64,000 bases of DNA from Erysipelotrichaceae bacterium (GTDB lineage: Bacteria; Bacillota_I; Bacilli_A; RFN20; CAG-449): contig SVBA01000006.1 of NCBI GenBank assembly GCA_015059095.1, forward strand, positions 17,003 through 81,002, read 5' to 3'. The notes beneath the pieces were generated by a model. That model ran no database searches, was not told where the DNA came from, and saw only the letters and a list, made by a program, of their open reading frames with translations. Shown piece by piece: positions 20,021 through 30,618 of the stretch. Both the position numbers and the translations under genes were made by a program. Each line of letters opens with the position of its first letter. Positions within the stretch are counted from its first letter, which is position 1.

Positions 20021-21697
20021 TTATTTAGCAATTTCTGTTGCTCTTACTTCTCTTACAACTGAAACTTTAATTTGACCTGGATAAGTCATTTCGTTTTCAA
20101 TCTTTTCTTTAATTTCACGAGCCATTTGGAAAGCTTCTAAATCAGAAACTTTTTCTGGTACTACCATAACTCTAACTTCTCTACCAGATTGCATAGCGAA
20201 TGAAGATTGAACACCTTCAAATGATTTACAAACTTCTTCAAGTTTTTCAATTCTTTGAATGTAATTTTCTAAAGTTTCACTACGAGCGCCTGGACGAGCT
20301 GCACTTAAAGTATCAGCAGCAGCAACTAAATGAGAAATAATACAATTTGCTTCTACATCACCATGGTGAGATTCAATCGCATTAATAACAACATCATTTT
20401 CACCATATTTTTTTGCTAACTTAGAACCGATTTCAACATGTGATCCTTCAAGTTCGAAGTCTGCAGCTTTACCGATATCATGTAATAAACCTGCTCTTTT
20501 AGCTAGATTTTGATCTAAACCAAGTTCAGCAGCCATAATTCCACTTAAATAAGCAACTTGTAAACAATGATCTAAAGCATTTTGACCATAAGATGTTCTA
20601 TATTTTAATCTACCTACATAATCTAATAAATCTTTATTGATACGTGGTAATCCTAGTTTGAATGCTGCATTAATACCTGCTTCATGTACAGATTTATTAA
20701 CATCCATTCTAGCTTTTTCAACAACTTCTTCAATTCTTCCTGGTTGGATTCTTCCATCTTTAATTAAATATTCTAGTGCTAATCTAGCAGTTTCTCTTCT
20801 AATTGGATCAAAGCAAGAAACAGTAATTACTTCAGGAGTATCATCAATGATAATATCTACACCTGTTAATTGTTCAATAGTACGAATATTTCTACCTTCT
20901 CTACCAATAATTCTACCTTTCATTTCATCTGAAGGAAGTGATACTGCAGAAATAGTTTTTTCAGATACTACTTCTTGAGAATATTTATCAATTGCTAAAC
21001 CGATTAAATCTTTAGCAATATTTTCAGCATTTTCTTTTGCCTCATCTTCTTTTTGTTTTACATAAGCAATCATTTCTTGCTTAGTTCTATCTTCTACTCT
21101 TTTAAATAATTCTTCTTTAGCTTGTTCTACACTCATTTGAGCAACTTTTTCAAGTTCACTTTCAATAGAGTCTAATTTTTGTTGAGCTAATTCTTCTTTC
21201 TTTTCAACATCTTTTAATTTTTGAGAAACAGATTCTAATTTTAATTCTATTTGTTTTTCTCTTTCAATTAAAGCTGCATCTCTTCTATCGATATTTTGTT
21301 CTCTTTGATTAACTTTATTTTCTTGCGCAGCAAGTTCAATCTTTCTTTCTTTTAAAGTTTGTTCTTGTTCTCTTTTGAATGCAAGAATTTCTTCTTTACC
21401 TTCTTGAATAGATCTTTTTTGTAAAGCTGATGCTTTATTTTCTGCTTCTTCAATTAATCTTTTAGCCTTTGTTTCAGATTCTTCTAATGTTCTTTTAGCT
21501 TTTTCTTTAGAATCATCTAAAAGTTTTTTAGAATTATCTTCAGCTTCAGTTAATAGTTTTCTTGATTTAGCTAGAGCGCTCTTTTCTTCGTTTGAAGTTA
21601 AGAATTTAACAACAACCAAAGTAGCCAGTACTGCAACAACCGCAGCAATGACACAGAACACTGCAACCATTCCTGGTTCCACTGCAAAAATTGTCAT
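20021..21697 (-). CDS. rny: Ribonuclease Y
   Basis: It has an N-terminal TM helix, a coiled coil, a KH domain ([19 protein letters not shown]) and an HD domain (LLHDIGK). The RBS is AAGGAG. Confidence 0.95.
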   Translation of the reverse strand: MTIFAVEPGMVAVFCVIAAVVAVLATLVVVKFLTSNEEKSALAKSRKLLTEAEDNSKKLLDDSKEKAKRTLEESETKAKRLIEEAENKASALQKRSIQEGKEEILAFKREQEQTLKERKIELAAQENKVNQREQNIDRRDAALIEREKQIELKLESVSQKLKDVEKKEELAQQKLDSIESELEKVAQMSVEQAKEELFKRVEDRTKQEMIAYVKQKEDEAKENAENIAKDLIGLAIDKYSQEVVSEKTISAVSLPSDEMKGRIIGREGRNIRTIEQLTGVDIIIDDTPEVITVSCFDPIRRETARLALEYLIKDGRIQPGRIEEVVEKARMDVNKSVHEAGINAAFKLGLPRINKDLLDYVGRLKYRTSYGQNALDHCLQVAYLSGIMAAELGLDQNLAKRAGLLHDIGKAADFELEGSHVEIGSKLAKKYGENDVVINAIESHHGDVEANCIISHLVAAADTLSAARPGARSETLENYIQRIEKLEEVCKSFEGVQSSFAMQSGREVRVMVVPEKVSDLEAFQMAREIKEKIENEMTYPGQIKVSVVREVRATEIAK

Positions 21698-21995
21698 ATA
21701 TTATTATCTCCTTGTCTATTGTAAAGGTCATTATTTAATAATCTCGCTGACCTATGATACGAGAAAAAACGAATCCACAAATACTATTGTGATAGGTATT
21801 TCTACCATAAAAGAATTATGAGGTTATTTAATCCTCGTTTTTATTATATCAAATATAATAAGAATAAAGAAACAATTATTTTTTTATTTATTAAATTTAA
21901 AAAAATATTGCAGTTCAAATTTAGCATTTTTTTCTATTTTTACATCTTTTTTAATAATTTTTTCTATAATATTCTTTATTTTTTTGCGTTTCAAC

Positions 21996-22035
21996 AAAAA
22001 AATCGGTTTTTTAAACACCATTAAACCGATTTTTT
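21996..22035. terminator. Bidirectional rho-independent terminator downstream of recA
   Basis: The stem AAATCGGTTT (22000-22009) pairs with AAACCGATTT (22023-22032). It is flanked by A-runs and T-runs on both sides. Confidence 0.6.
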
Positions 22036-22047
22036 AGATAAATTACA

Positions 22048-23058
22048 TTAATTTCTTTCTTTTGCTTGAGCTTCAGTGACTTGAGTTAATACACTTTCAT
22101 AAACATCTGGATGGTCTTTTAAGAATTGTTTTGCAGCATCTTTACCTTGACCAACTCTTTCACCTAAAATTTCAAACCATGATCCTAATTTTTTAGCAAA
22201 TCCATATTGAAGAGCTAAATCTAGTATTTCGCCAACTTTTGAGAATCCTTCACCAAAAATTAAATCAACTTTACAAGCTTTGTATGGTGGAGCAACCTTA
22301 TTTTTAACAACTTTAACATTAACTTGATTACCAATAATTTGATCACCATCTTTAATAGCTTCTGCTTTTCTAATATCAATTCTAATTGTAGCATAGAATT
22401 TTAACGCTCTACCACCAGTTGTAACTTCTGGGTTACCATAGATAACACCAACTTTTTCTCTTAATTGGTTAATAAAGATAACTGTACAATTAGATTTGTT
22501 TAGTACGCCTGCTAATTTTCTCATTGCTTTAGACATTAATCTAGCGTGAGCACCAACATTTGAATCAGTCATTTCACCATCTAATTCAGATTGAGGCACT
22601 AAAGCTGCTACTGAGTCAACCACAATAATATCGATAGCTTCAGAACGAGCTAACATTTCAACTATTTCTAACGCTTGTTCACCATGATCAGGTTGAGAAA
22701 GAATTAATTCATCTGTATCTACCCCTAATTTTTGAGCATAGTTTGGATCAATTGCATGTTCAGCATCAACAAATGCCGCTCTTCCACCTGCTTTTTGACA
22801 TTCTGCAATTGCAGATAGAGCTAGTGTTGTCTTACCTGAAGATTCAGGACCATAAATTTCAATAATTCTGCCTTTTGGATATCCACCAATTCCTAAAACA
22901 TTATCAATTAATAATGAACCAGAATGGATAATATCATAAGAAACATTAGGTCTTTCACCTAGTTTCATTACCGAACCTTTACCAAACATTTTTTCAATGT
23001 CTTTTAAAGTCGATTCTAATTTTTCATCTTTTGTTTTTAAGCTTTCTTTAACTGCCAT
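22048..23058 (-). CDS. recA: Recombinase A
   Basis: Walker A is GPESSGKTT. The L1 and L2 loop regions are present. The product is 336 aa. Confidence 0.97.
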   Translation of the reverse strand: MAVKESLKTKDEKLESTLKDIEKMFGKGSVMKLGERPNVSYDIIHSGSLLIDNVLGIGGYPKGRIIEIYGPESSGKTTLALSAIAECQKAGGRAAFVDAEHAIDPNYAQKLGVDTDELILSQPDHGEQALEIVEMLARSEAIDIIVVDSVAALVPQSELDGEMTDSNVGAHARLMSKAMRKLAGVLNKSNCTVIFINQLREKVGVIYGNPEVTTGGRALKFYATIRIDIRKAEAIKDGDQIIGNQVNVKVVKNKVAPPYKACKVDLIFGEGFSKVGEILDLALQYGFAKKLGSWFEILGERVGQGKDAAKQFLKDHPDVYESVLTQVTEAQAKERN

Positions 23059-23093
23059 AAATTTTCCTCCTACTAATTAATAACGTTATTTTT

Positions 23094-23561
23094 CTAAAAA
23101 GTTCTACTTAATTTTTTATAAATTTTTTCAAAAGCAATTTTTACACATTCTTCTCTTATTTTATTTCTATCTCCTGATAGATTCAATTCAAACACTTCTA
23201 TATCATCATTTATTATTAATCCAATATATACTGTGCCTACTTTTTTTCCATCCATCACATCAGGACCCGCATTACCAGTAAATGAAACACAAACATCTAC
23301 ACCAAGTAATTTCTTTCCATTCAGTGCCATTTCTAAAGCGCATTCTTTAGATACAACTCCATACTTAGTAACAACGTCTTTACTAACATTGACAACCATT
23401 TCTTTTACTTCTGTTGCATAGCTTACCACGCTACCTTTAAAGACTTTACTAACTCCTGGAATAGAAGTTAAGGTTGATGCAAATAGTCCTCCTGTTAAAG
23501 ATTCAATTGATCCAATAGTTAAATTACTATTCTTTAATAATTCTACAACTTTATTTTTCAT
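23094..23561 (-). CDS. cinA: CinA C-terminal domain protein (nicotinamide-nucleotide amidohydrolase PncC-like)
   Basis: It is 155 aa and consists of the CinA C-terminal domain only (GSIESLTGGLFAS...SFTGNAGPD). It sits in the pgsA-cinA-recA arrangement. Confidence 0.8.
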   Translation of the reverse strand: MKNKVVELLKNSNLTIGSIESLTGGLFASTLTSIPGVSKVFKGSVVSYATEVKEMVVNVSKDVVTKYGVVSKECALEMALNGKKLLGVDVCVSFTGNAGPDVMDGKKVGTVYIGLIINDDIEVFELNLSGDRNKIREECVKIAFEKIYKKLSRTF

Positions 23562-23566
23562 ACTGA

Positions 23567-24169
23567 TTATTTTGCTTCTTTATCATTAAAAACATGGAGG
23601 TTTTTAGTGAAATATAGTATCCCAGATAAAAGAGATACTACACCTGCTACATAACAAATAATTGATGTAATAGATACTGGTAAATTTAATAAACCGAATG
23701 GCCAATCTAGTAATAGTGCTAAAGTCAAAGCGACCATTTGAACAACTGTTTTTAATTTTCCCCAAATATTTGCCGCTAGAACAACTCCCTTAGTTGAAGC
23801 AACTTGTCTTAACGCATCTACTAATAAATCTCTAGCAATCATAATAACTGCAACAACTGGAGGAACTATTGTAGGATGATTAATTGCCATGATAATTACT
23901 ACTGTATCAATTAATAATTTATCAGCAATTGGATCCATAAATTTTCCATATGTAGTTACTAAATTATATTTTCTAGCAAGATAACCATCTAAGAAATCAC
24001 TAAATGATGCGACTAAAAATAATATCGCACTAATAAAGTACTCTAAACTAATAGCACCAAAAACTAGTGGCATAGTTACTCCACAACTTGCCCATGGAAA
24101 TAATAATATAAAGTCAATTACAACAACACATACCATTCTAAAAGTTGTAATCTTGTTAGGTAAATTCAT
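23567..24169 (-). CDS. pgsA: CDP-diacylglycerol--glycerol-3-phosphate 3-phosphatidyltransferase
   Basis: The CDP-alcohol phosphatidyltransferase motif DFLDGYLAR...GKFMDPIADK is present. It is a multi-TM protein. Confidence 0.9.
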   Translation of the reverse strand: MNLPNKITTFRMVCVVVIDFILLFPWASCGVTMPLVFGAISLEYFISAILFLVASFSDFLDGYLARKYNLVTTYGKFMDPIADKLLIDTVVIIMAINHPTIVPPVVAVIMIARDLLVDALRQVASTKGVVLAANIWGKLKTVVQMVALTLALLLDWPFGLLNLPVSITSIICYVAGVVSLLSGILYFTKNLHVFNDKEAK

Positions 24170-24184
24170 AAATTCAACCTCCTA

Positions 24185-24535
24185 TAATATCGAGTCTTTG
24201 ATCCTGTAAGCCATGTTCTGTCTAGGATAATTATTTATCTATACCGAAGTATGCTTAAGTTAGATTCGTTTCTCTACTTAAACCTCCCTTACCAAATTTA
24301 GGTTTCTCGCTTGAGGGGTTTACCGCGTTCCACTTTATACTTTCATATAAACTACGTCACTGTGGCACTTTCAAGGTCTAGACCATGTCTTACGATTTAG
24401 GTTTTGACCTGCCGTTAGGTGCTCCCACCTACCCAAAGTTATTTTTTCCTTTGGCACAAACACTACTACCATCACAGGCAGTGCGAGCATGGACTTTCCT
24501 CTAATGAATTACTTCACCAGCAATTATCCAGATCA
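24185..24535 (-). ncRNA. rnpB: RNase P RNA, type B (Firmicute type)
   Basis: On the minus strand it contains several RNase P RNA signature segments: GGAAAGUCCAUGCUCGCAC, UGAAAGUGCCACAGUGACG, GUGGAACGCGGUAAACCCCUCAAGCGAGAAACC and ACAUGGCUUACAGGA. P1 pairing between CUUUGAUC near the 5' end and GAUCAAAG near the 3' end sets the ends to within about 10 nt. It is adjacent to gpsB, as in B. subtilis. Confidence 0.85.
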
Positions 24536-24543
24536 AAGGTAAT

Positions 24544-24906
24544 TTATTTAATTGTCGAAGGATCTACTCCGAGTTTAAATAATGCTTGTTCTAAAGAAGA
24601 AATTCTTTTTAATAAATCAATATTTGATAAACTTGCATCTTTGTTATTAGAAATATCTCCAAGTTTTTCTCTCATTACTTCATTTTGAATTTCAGCTTGA
24701 TCCATTCTTGTTTTGTAAAGTTTAGTTGTTCTCATAACTTCTTCATAATCTTTTTCTAATTTAGTAATATATTGTTCCAAAGAAATGTAATCATCAACAA
24801 CTTCATCTAAAAATTTATCTACTTCTAAAGCATCATAGCCATGTTTCTTAGCACTAAATTCTTTATCAACAATTTTAGATGGTGATAATTTAGTTTGAAT
24901 TTTCAT
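24544..24906 (-). CDS. gpsB: Cell-cycle protein GpsB (DivIVA-domain protein)
   Basis: The N-terminal DivIVA-like domain is FSAKKHGYDALEVDKFLD, and the C-terminus ILKRISSLEQALF resembles the GpsB C-terminal helix. The start is the ATG at 24906, with AGGAG 11 nt upstream. The ORF track start at 24930 has no RBS. Confidence 0.75.
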   Translation of the reverse strand: MKIQTKLSPSKIVDKEFSAKKHGYDALEVDKFLDEVVDDYISLEQYITKLEKDYEEVMRTTKLYKTRMDQAEIQNEVMREKLGDISNNKDASLSNIDLLKRISSLEQALFKLGVDPSTIK

Positions 24907-25015
24907 ATAAAAACAACTCCTTTCCAACATTAATTATTATAATATATATAATTAATAATTTAAAGAGTTGTGTTAAGATTATAATAATTTATTGGAGAGA
25001 AAACTCTCCAATCTT

Positions 25016-25486
25016 TTAGTTTCCAGTTCCTGGGCAGCAACAACAGACTTGTAACAAATTTTCATTAGATAAAACACATAGTGTTTTTCTTGTAAAACAT
25101 TGGCAACATGTAAACGTCACTTTTGCCTTGTGTTTAATATATCTTTGACAAGTCATTACAGTTACAGTATAAACAATAGTAACAGTTTCATCTGGATCAA
25201 TATTACCTAATGGTACTAAATCTAAATTAATAACTTCTACTGTTTCTCCATTAACAGTAACTGTTCCTGGCATTAATGCTAACGCATTGCATAATGGCAA
25301 ATTCAACGCAGCATTTGTCATAGTTGCATTAGAATTGTTTGTAATTGTAACAGTATACGTTACTTCATCACAAACTCTTGCTACCGCATTGCTTGCAGTT
25401 AAAACAACATTAACACCACAATCTTCACTTGAATTTAAACAAGTGACATTTCTATTTGTGCATCCACATCCTGAGGTATAATACAT
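25016..25486 (-). CDS. Cysteine-rich DUF11-like (conserved-repeat domain) protein, possibly a spore surface protein
   Basis: It is 156 aa with 15 Cys residues: GCGC near the N-terminus, and CCQC and CCCCPGTGN near the C-terminus. The central segment VTYTVTITNNSNATMTN...PGTVTVNG...DPDETVTIVYTVTV resembles DUF11 repeats. GC content is visibly higher than in the flanks. An AAGGTGA RBS is present. Confidence 0.5.
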   Translation of the reverse strand: MYYTSGCGCTNRNVTCLNSSEDCGVNVVLTASNAVARVCDEVTYTVTITNNSNATMTNAALNLPLCNALALMPGTVTVNGETVEVINLDLVPLGNIDPDETVTIVYTVTVMTCQRYIKHKAKVTFTCCQCFTRKTLCVLSNENLLQVCCCCPGTGN

Positions 25487-25604
25487 ATCTTCACCTTTTT
25501 CTGAACAAAAATATTGTTCACTTATATATATGTTTCAACGAAGACAAATGTTTTCATTTATTTTATTTTAAAAATAACTTATAATTGTATAGGTTGGTGA
25601 AATA

Positions 25605-26333
25605 ATGGAAGCTTTTAACAAATTAATTAAAAATAAAAAAACATTAGTGTTCTTAGATTTAGAAGGAACTCAATTTTCTCATGAAATAATTGCAATCGGT
25701 GCAGTAAAATGTAAAATCGATGAAAATGGCAAAATTTTACGAGGATATCAAAAGAAATTTAAATGTTATGTTAAACCATTAGGATGTATTGGACGTTTTG
25801 TCCAAAATATGACCAAAATTACTGAAGATATTTTAAAAGAAGAAGGCCTTCCTTTAGAAACAGCTTTTTCAAAATTCAAAAAATTTATCAATCAACCATT
25901 TGAACAATGTGCCTTTATCACATTTGGTAGTAATGATGCCAAAATGATTATCGACTCTATTACAAGAAGTGAACCAAAAAATGCTTTTATTGGTTACAAT
26001 ATTGTAAATAATTGCGTGGACTTTTTAATGTTTATCTCACAATTTTGTAAAGATAATAAAAATAATAATTACTCACTAGTGAATTATTTAAAAGTTTTTA
26101 ATATTCCTCCTGTTGGAATATCTCACGATCCATTAAACGATGCACTTGATTTAAGAAATCTTTATTCTGCGATGAACAAACAAAAAGATACTTTACTAAA
26201 TGAGTACCTTAAAATTCTAGCAAAACAAAAGATTTATTCCGCTCCAATTCGTTCAGTAATTGAAAAGCTTGTTAACGGAGAAAATGTTACTAGCGAAGAA
26301 TTTATTAATGAATGTAAAAAATATTTAGCATAA
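25605..26333 (+). CDS. DEDDh-family 3'-5' exonuclease (DnaQ/KapD/ERI-1-like)
   Basis: Exo I is FLDLEGT (D, E). Exo III is HDPLNDALD (H-x4-D). The product is 242 aa. Confidence 0.7.
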   Translation: MEAFNKLIKNKKTLVFLDLEGTQFSHEIIAIGAVKCKIDENGKILRGYQKKFKCYVKPLGCIGRFVQNMTKITEDILKEEGLPLETAFSKFKKFINQPFEQCAFITFGSNDAKMIIDSITRSEPKNAFIGYNIVNNCVDFLMFISQFCKDNKNNNYSLVNYLKVFNIPPVGISHDPLNDALDLRNLYSAMNKQKDTLLNEYLKILAKQKIYSAPIRSVIEKLVNGENVTSEEFINECKKYLA

Positions 26334-26376
26334 AAGAAAGGAGTATGGGCAATATAATATTAGCCTTGTTTAAACT

Positions 26377-26988
26377 ATGATTAACTATCCAAACAAAAAA
26401 GTAGTCAATAAACAAGAAACCAACCTCTTACCTGCAAAAAAGAAACAAAAAGTATTAAATGCAGCAAATAGAGGTATGGATTTTGAACATGCCGTTTCTT
26501 TATCTTGTCAATATTATGATGAAAAACAAAGAGCAATCATCACAAAAAGACCTACTCCAATCAAAATAATTTCTGCAGATTATAAATTAGCAAAAATCAC
26601 AGAAGCATATTTTGAAAAGCAATCAAACACTGACTATAACGGAGTATACAAAGGAAAATATATAGACTTTGAATGTAAAGAAACACTTTCTAAAACTTCT
26701 CTTAGTTTTAACAACATTCCAAGTCACCAAATTAAACACTTAAAAAAGGTATTAATGCATGGTGGCATAGCTTTCTTTATGATTTATTATAAAACTCTAG
26801 ATGAAGTATATATCGTAGATGCAAATGATATCATCTCTCTTTATGAAAATGGAGATAGAAAATCAATCACTTACGAACATACAAAAGAGATAGGCACATT
26901 AGTTGAACAAGGCTTTATACCACGTCTGAAATTTTTAGATGCTGTCGATAAGGTCTACTTCAATGAAAACACTAAAGAAAATTATTAA
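26377..26988 (+). CDS. recU: Holliday junction resolvase RecU
   Basis: NRGMDFEHAV...KRPTPIKI...TDYNGVYKGKYIDFECKET...HQIKHLKKV matches the conserved blocks of RecU. ponA follows, as in the Bacillus recU-ponA operon. Confidence 0.85.
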   Translation: MINYPNKKVVNKQETNLLPAKKKQKVLNAANRGMDFEHAVSLSCQYYDEKQRAIITKRPTPIKIISADYKLAKITEAYFEKQSNTDYNGVYKGKYIDFECKETLSKTSLSFNNIPSHQIKHLKKVLMHGGIAFFMIYYKTLDEVYIVDANDIISLYENGDRKSITYEHTKEIGTLVEQGFIPRLKFLDAVDKVYFNENTKENY

Positions 26989-29284
26989 AACTTTTACTTC
27001 TATTCTACTAATATCAGCGTTTCTAATCTTTATCGGTTTAGGAGCGTTTTTTATTAATTCAATTTCAAACATACAAACAAAAGATATATCTACTATCGTT
27101 ACTCCAAAATATTCTCTAATAACAGATTCTAATTCTAGAATTATTGAGGATTTTAGGCAAAATTCAATATCACATGTTGATATAGAAGAAATACCACAAG
27201 TTCTAAAAGACGCATTAATTAGTATAGAAGATCGAGAATTTTATATTCATAATGGAATTAATGAAAAAAGAATTCTATCATCATTAATTAGTAATCTTAA
27301 TCCAAATAATAATACTCAAGGAGGATCAACATTAACTCAACAACTTGTCAAAAATTTATTACTAACAAACGAAAAATCTTATAAAAGAAAAATACAAGAA
27401 GCGTATCTTTCTATCCTTCTAGAAAAAGAATTAACTAAAGATGAAATATTAGAACTATATTTTAATAGAATCTATTTTGAACAATCTATTCCTGGCATCC
27501 AATATGCTTGTAATAAATTTTTCAATAAAGATGTTAAAAATATCAATTTACCTGAAGCAGCCTTATTAGTAGGTTTAGTTAAATCCCCTTCTTATTATTA
27601 TCCTTTAACTAATCCAGATAGAGCAAATCAAAGGAAAAATGAAGTATTAAAGGCTATGTTAGACAATAATAAAATTTCAAAAAATCAATATAACATAGCC
27701 TCTTCTTTCCCTATTGAAAAATTAATTTATAAAAAGGAAAATACAAAAATTTCATACCCATATCAATCTTATTTAGATATCGTTTATAAAGAAGTAAAAG
27801 AATTAACTAACTATGATCTATTTAACACACCTTTAAAAATAGAAACATATATAGATACATATTTACAATCTCATATAGATGAAATACAAAAAGGTAATAT
27901 TATTCCTTTTAAAAATGAGTATCAACAAATAGGAGGAGTGGTACTTGATAAACATTCAAATATTATTGGTGTTATAGGTGGAAGAGATTATAATGGAAAA
28001 AAATTATATTCTCATGCATTCGATATAAAAACTAGTCCTGCTTCTACTATTAAACCAATTTTGTCCTATGCTTTAGGTATTGAATATTTACACCTAAACA
28101 CATTAACTACATTAGAAGATAAAGAATATTATTATCCTAACTCTACAATATTAGTTAATAATGCTGATAAATCTTATTTAGGTAAAATTCCATTAATTGA
28201 CGCTTTAGGTTATTCAAGAAACACCTGTGCAGTATCAACTTTAGAAAAAGTAATTTCAAAAATAGGACAAGAAAAAGTTGTTGAATATTTAACTAAACTC
28301 AACATTATGGATGAAGGTCCTTTTACTTATTCTTATGCAATAGGCGGAATGAAATATGGAACTTCTCCTATAAATATTGCTGGAGCGTATTCAATGTTAT
28401 TAAATAATGGATACTATGTTAAACCATCAACCATTAAAAAAATTACAAACTTAGAAACTAATGAAATAATATATGAAGATAATAGAACAAAAGAACAACT
28501 TATATCCGAAGAATCAAGTGATATAATAACTAATACTCTAGAAAGAATTGTTGATAGTAATTATCTTTCCATGAAGGAAGCAAAACCTAATAATATAAAA
28601 ATCGCAGGTAAAACAGGTACAGGGGCATATCCTCAATCATTAATAAAAAAATATAATCTTCCTAGTAACGCAGATAAAGATATTTGGTTTAGCGGTTATT
28701 CTCCAAACTATACTTGCTCTATCTGGAGTGGTTTTGATGAAATAATTGAAAATAAGAAAACTTATTTTTCTGGTAAAGAAGGAAAAAATATCCCTAAACT
28801 TATTTTCAAAGAACTTATTAATCTATTAGAAACAAAGAAACAAAATTTCGAAATAACCAATAGCTTAACAAAAGTATATGTTGTTAAAGGTCTTGATAAA
28901 GCTTATTTACCAAATGATATTGTCCCATCAAAATATATAGATTTTGCTTATTATAAAAAAGATGATATTCCAAATGAAATATTACCTTATCCAACTTTTA
29001 ATAAATTAGAAGATATAAATGTAGTTTTATACGAAAATACCCTATATTTTTCCATTTTAAATTCGAATATTACTAATGATTTATATTCATCATTTTATGG
29101 AGATAAGGGTTATCTACTTGAAGTAAAAATCAATGATAAAATTATACAAAATTTCTATACAACAACAGAGATAGAGTTTTCGCTAGAAGAAAAAGGAGAA
29201 TACCAATTTTCATTAAGCGAATCATATAAAAACAATTACAAATTAAAAGGTGATTCTTATCAAATCACCTATCTTTTAGAATAA
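26963..29284 (+). CDS. ponA: Class A penicillin-binding protein 1A (glycosyltransferase plus transpeptidase)
   Basis: The GT51 motifs are EDREFY, GGSTLTQQL and RKIQE. The transpeptidase motifs are STIKP, SRN and KTGT. An N-terminal TM anchor is present. The start is the ATG at 26963, preceded by AAGGT, and it overlaps the recU 3' end. Confidence 0.9.
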   Translation: MKTLKKIIKTFTSILLISAFLIFIGLGAFFINSISNIQTKDISTIVTPKYSLITDSNSRIIEDFRQNSISHVDIEEIPQVLKDALISIEDREFYIHNGINEKRILSSLISNLNPNNNTQGGSTLTQQLVKNLLLTNEKSYKRKIQEAYLSILLEKELTKDEILELYFNRIYFEQSIPGIQYACNKFFNKDVKNINLPEAALLVGLVKSPSYYYPLTNPDRANQRKNEVLKAMLDNNKISKNQYNIASSFPIEKLIYKKENTKISYPYQSYLDIVYKEVKELTNYDLFNTPLKIETYIDTYLQSHIDEIQKGNIIPFKNEYQQIGGVVLDKHSNIIGVIGGRDYNGKKLYSHAFDIKTSPASTIKPILSYALGIEYLHLNTLTTLEDKEYYYPNSTILVNNADKSYLGKIPLIDALGYSRNTCAVSTLEKVISKIGQEKVVEYLTKLNIMDEGPFTYSYAIGGMKYGTSPINIAGAYSMLLNNGYYVKPSTIKKITNLETNEIIYEDNRTKEQLISEESSDIITNTLERIVDSNYLSMKEAKPNNIKIAGKTGTGAYPQSLIKKYNLPSNADKDIWFSGYSPNYTCSIWSGFDEIIENKKTYFSGKEGKNIPKLIFKELINLLETKKQNFEITNSLTKVYVVKGLDKAYLPNDIVPSKYIDFAYYKKDDIPNEILPYPTFNKLEDINVVLYENTLYFSILNSNITNDLYSSFYGDKGYLLEVKINDKIIQNFYTTTEIEFSLEEKGEYQFSLSESYKNNYKLKGDSYQITYLLE

Positions 29285-29931
29285 TGTCTACAAATATCTT
29301 TCAATTTACATTCATCACATTTTGGTCTTTGACTAACACAATTATATCTACCAAAATGAATCATTTGATGATGGAATAATACTCGTCTTTCTTTAGAAAC
29401 TAGTTTTAATAATTTTAATTCCACATCAAGAGGTGTATCGTTTATTGCTGCTAGATAAAGTCTTTTGGAAACTCTTTCTACATGGGTATCTACTGCAATT
29501 ACTGGTTCATTATATAATTCCCCTCTAACTACATTACTAGTCTTTCTTCCTACTCCTGGAAGTTTCATTAACTCTTCTTGAGAATTTGGAACATTAGAAT
29601 CATATTGTTCGATCAACATTTTTGCAATTTTAATAACGTTTTGTGCTTTTGTTTTAGCTAACCCTAAAGTTTTAATAATTTCAAACACTTCTTCAAAAGA
29701 ACAATTTGCTAGTGCTTCTAATGATGGATATTTTGAAAATAAAACTTCTGTTACTCTATTTACACTTTTATCTGTTGTTTGAGCACTTAACATAACTGCA
29801 ATTACTAATTCATATGGTTTTGAATAATTTAGTTCACAATGTGCACTTGGCAATATCTCATCAAAGTAAAATATTATTTTTCCTATTCTTTCTTTATTAG
29901 TCATCTGTCCATTTAGTATTCGCAATGTCAA
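29269..29931 (-). CDS. nth: Endonuclease III
   Basis: It has an HhH-GPD fold with LPGVGRKT. The C-terminal 4Fe-4S ligands are C-x6-C-x2-C-x5-C (CVSQRPKCDECKLKDIC). It overlaps the ponA 3' end convergently. Confidence 0.9.
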   Translation of the reverse strand: MTLRILNGQMTNKERIGKIIFYFDEILPSAHCELNYSKPYELVIAVMLSAQTTDKSVNRVTEVLFSKYPSLEALANCSFEEVFEIIKTLGLAKTKAQNVIKIAKMLIEQYDSNVPNSQEELMKLPGVGRKTSNVVRGELYNEPVIAVDTHVERVSKRLYLAAINDTPLDVELKLLKLVSKERRVLFHHQMIHFGRYNCVSQRPKCDECKLKDICRHYSKR

Positions 29932-30556
29932 TAGTGTCTTCTAATTCTTTTTTCCACTTTTCATTGACTGCAGAATATCCTTCCTCTTTTAAATCTTTTG
30001 ACGATAATCTTTTAATAATAATTTTATCAATAGATCGAATTGTCACTCTTTTATTTTTGCTAATACATTCATGAAGAGAATCAATGATTACACTTTCCTC
30101 AATTCCTTGTGCAACCCATTCTCTAACTTTTTCAAGTTCTACAGGAGATAAACTTCTACCTAGTTCTTTTTCAAACGTTCCATAAATATTAGAAATAGAA
30201 TGTTTCCTATTATCATTATCTTCAATCGCATTATAAGTAATTAGGTCACGAACAAAATTTTCCGAAATCTTTTTATAAGTTGGTGTGATCGAAGTAACTA
30301 AAGAATTCGAATTAGGTAAATTAGAATATTCTAAAAAGCCTCTATTCATTAAACTAACTAAAATAGAATCTAACTCTTTAACATCTAAACTCATCTTAAG
30401 CGCTAATAGTTCACTAGTTACTAAAGTAGGAGTCTCTTTTAAAATATTATCAACAACTAAAAGTACAGCTAAATCATATTCATTTAGTCCTAAAGATTTA
30501 TATGTATCTACTAATAGATAACGATAATCGATTTGATTAATTTTAAATTTGTTCAT
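29897..30556 (-). CDS. dnaD: DnaD-domain replication initiation/membrane attachment protein
   Basis: The C-terminal DnaD-like region reads YGTFEKELGRSLSPVELEKVREWV. Its position directly upstream of nth matches Bacillus dnaD-nth. Confidence 0.75.
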   Translation of the reverse strand: MNKFKINQIDYRYLLVDTYKSLGLNEYDLAVLLVVDNILKETPTLVTSELLALKMSLDVKELDSILVSLMNRGFLEYSNLPNSNSLVTSITPTYKKISENFVRDLITYNAIEDNDNRKHSISNIYGTFEKELGRSLSPVELEKVREWVAQGIEESVIIDSLHECISKNKRVTIRSIDKIIIKRLSSKDLKEEGYSAVNEKWKKELEDTIDIANTKWTDD

Positions 30557-30618
30557 ATTACTACCACCTATTTCTTTACTTATTATATAAGTTAAAGAAT
30601 AAAACTTAAATACCTAAA

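Noticed and set aside
21818-22024. 68-aa ORF rich in F/Y/I/K in the rny-recA intergenic region
   Set aside because: It is translated from a poly-A/T intergenic tract containing the recA terminator. The composition is low-complexity and there is no SD.
24419-24688. 89-aa plus-strand ORF
   Set aside because: It lies entirely within the RNase P RNA gene and the gpsB 3' end on the opposite strand. It has no RBS and is GC-driven by the structured RNA.
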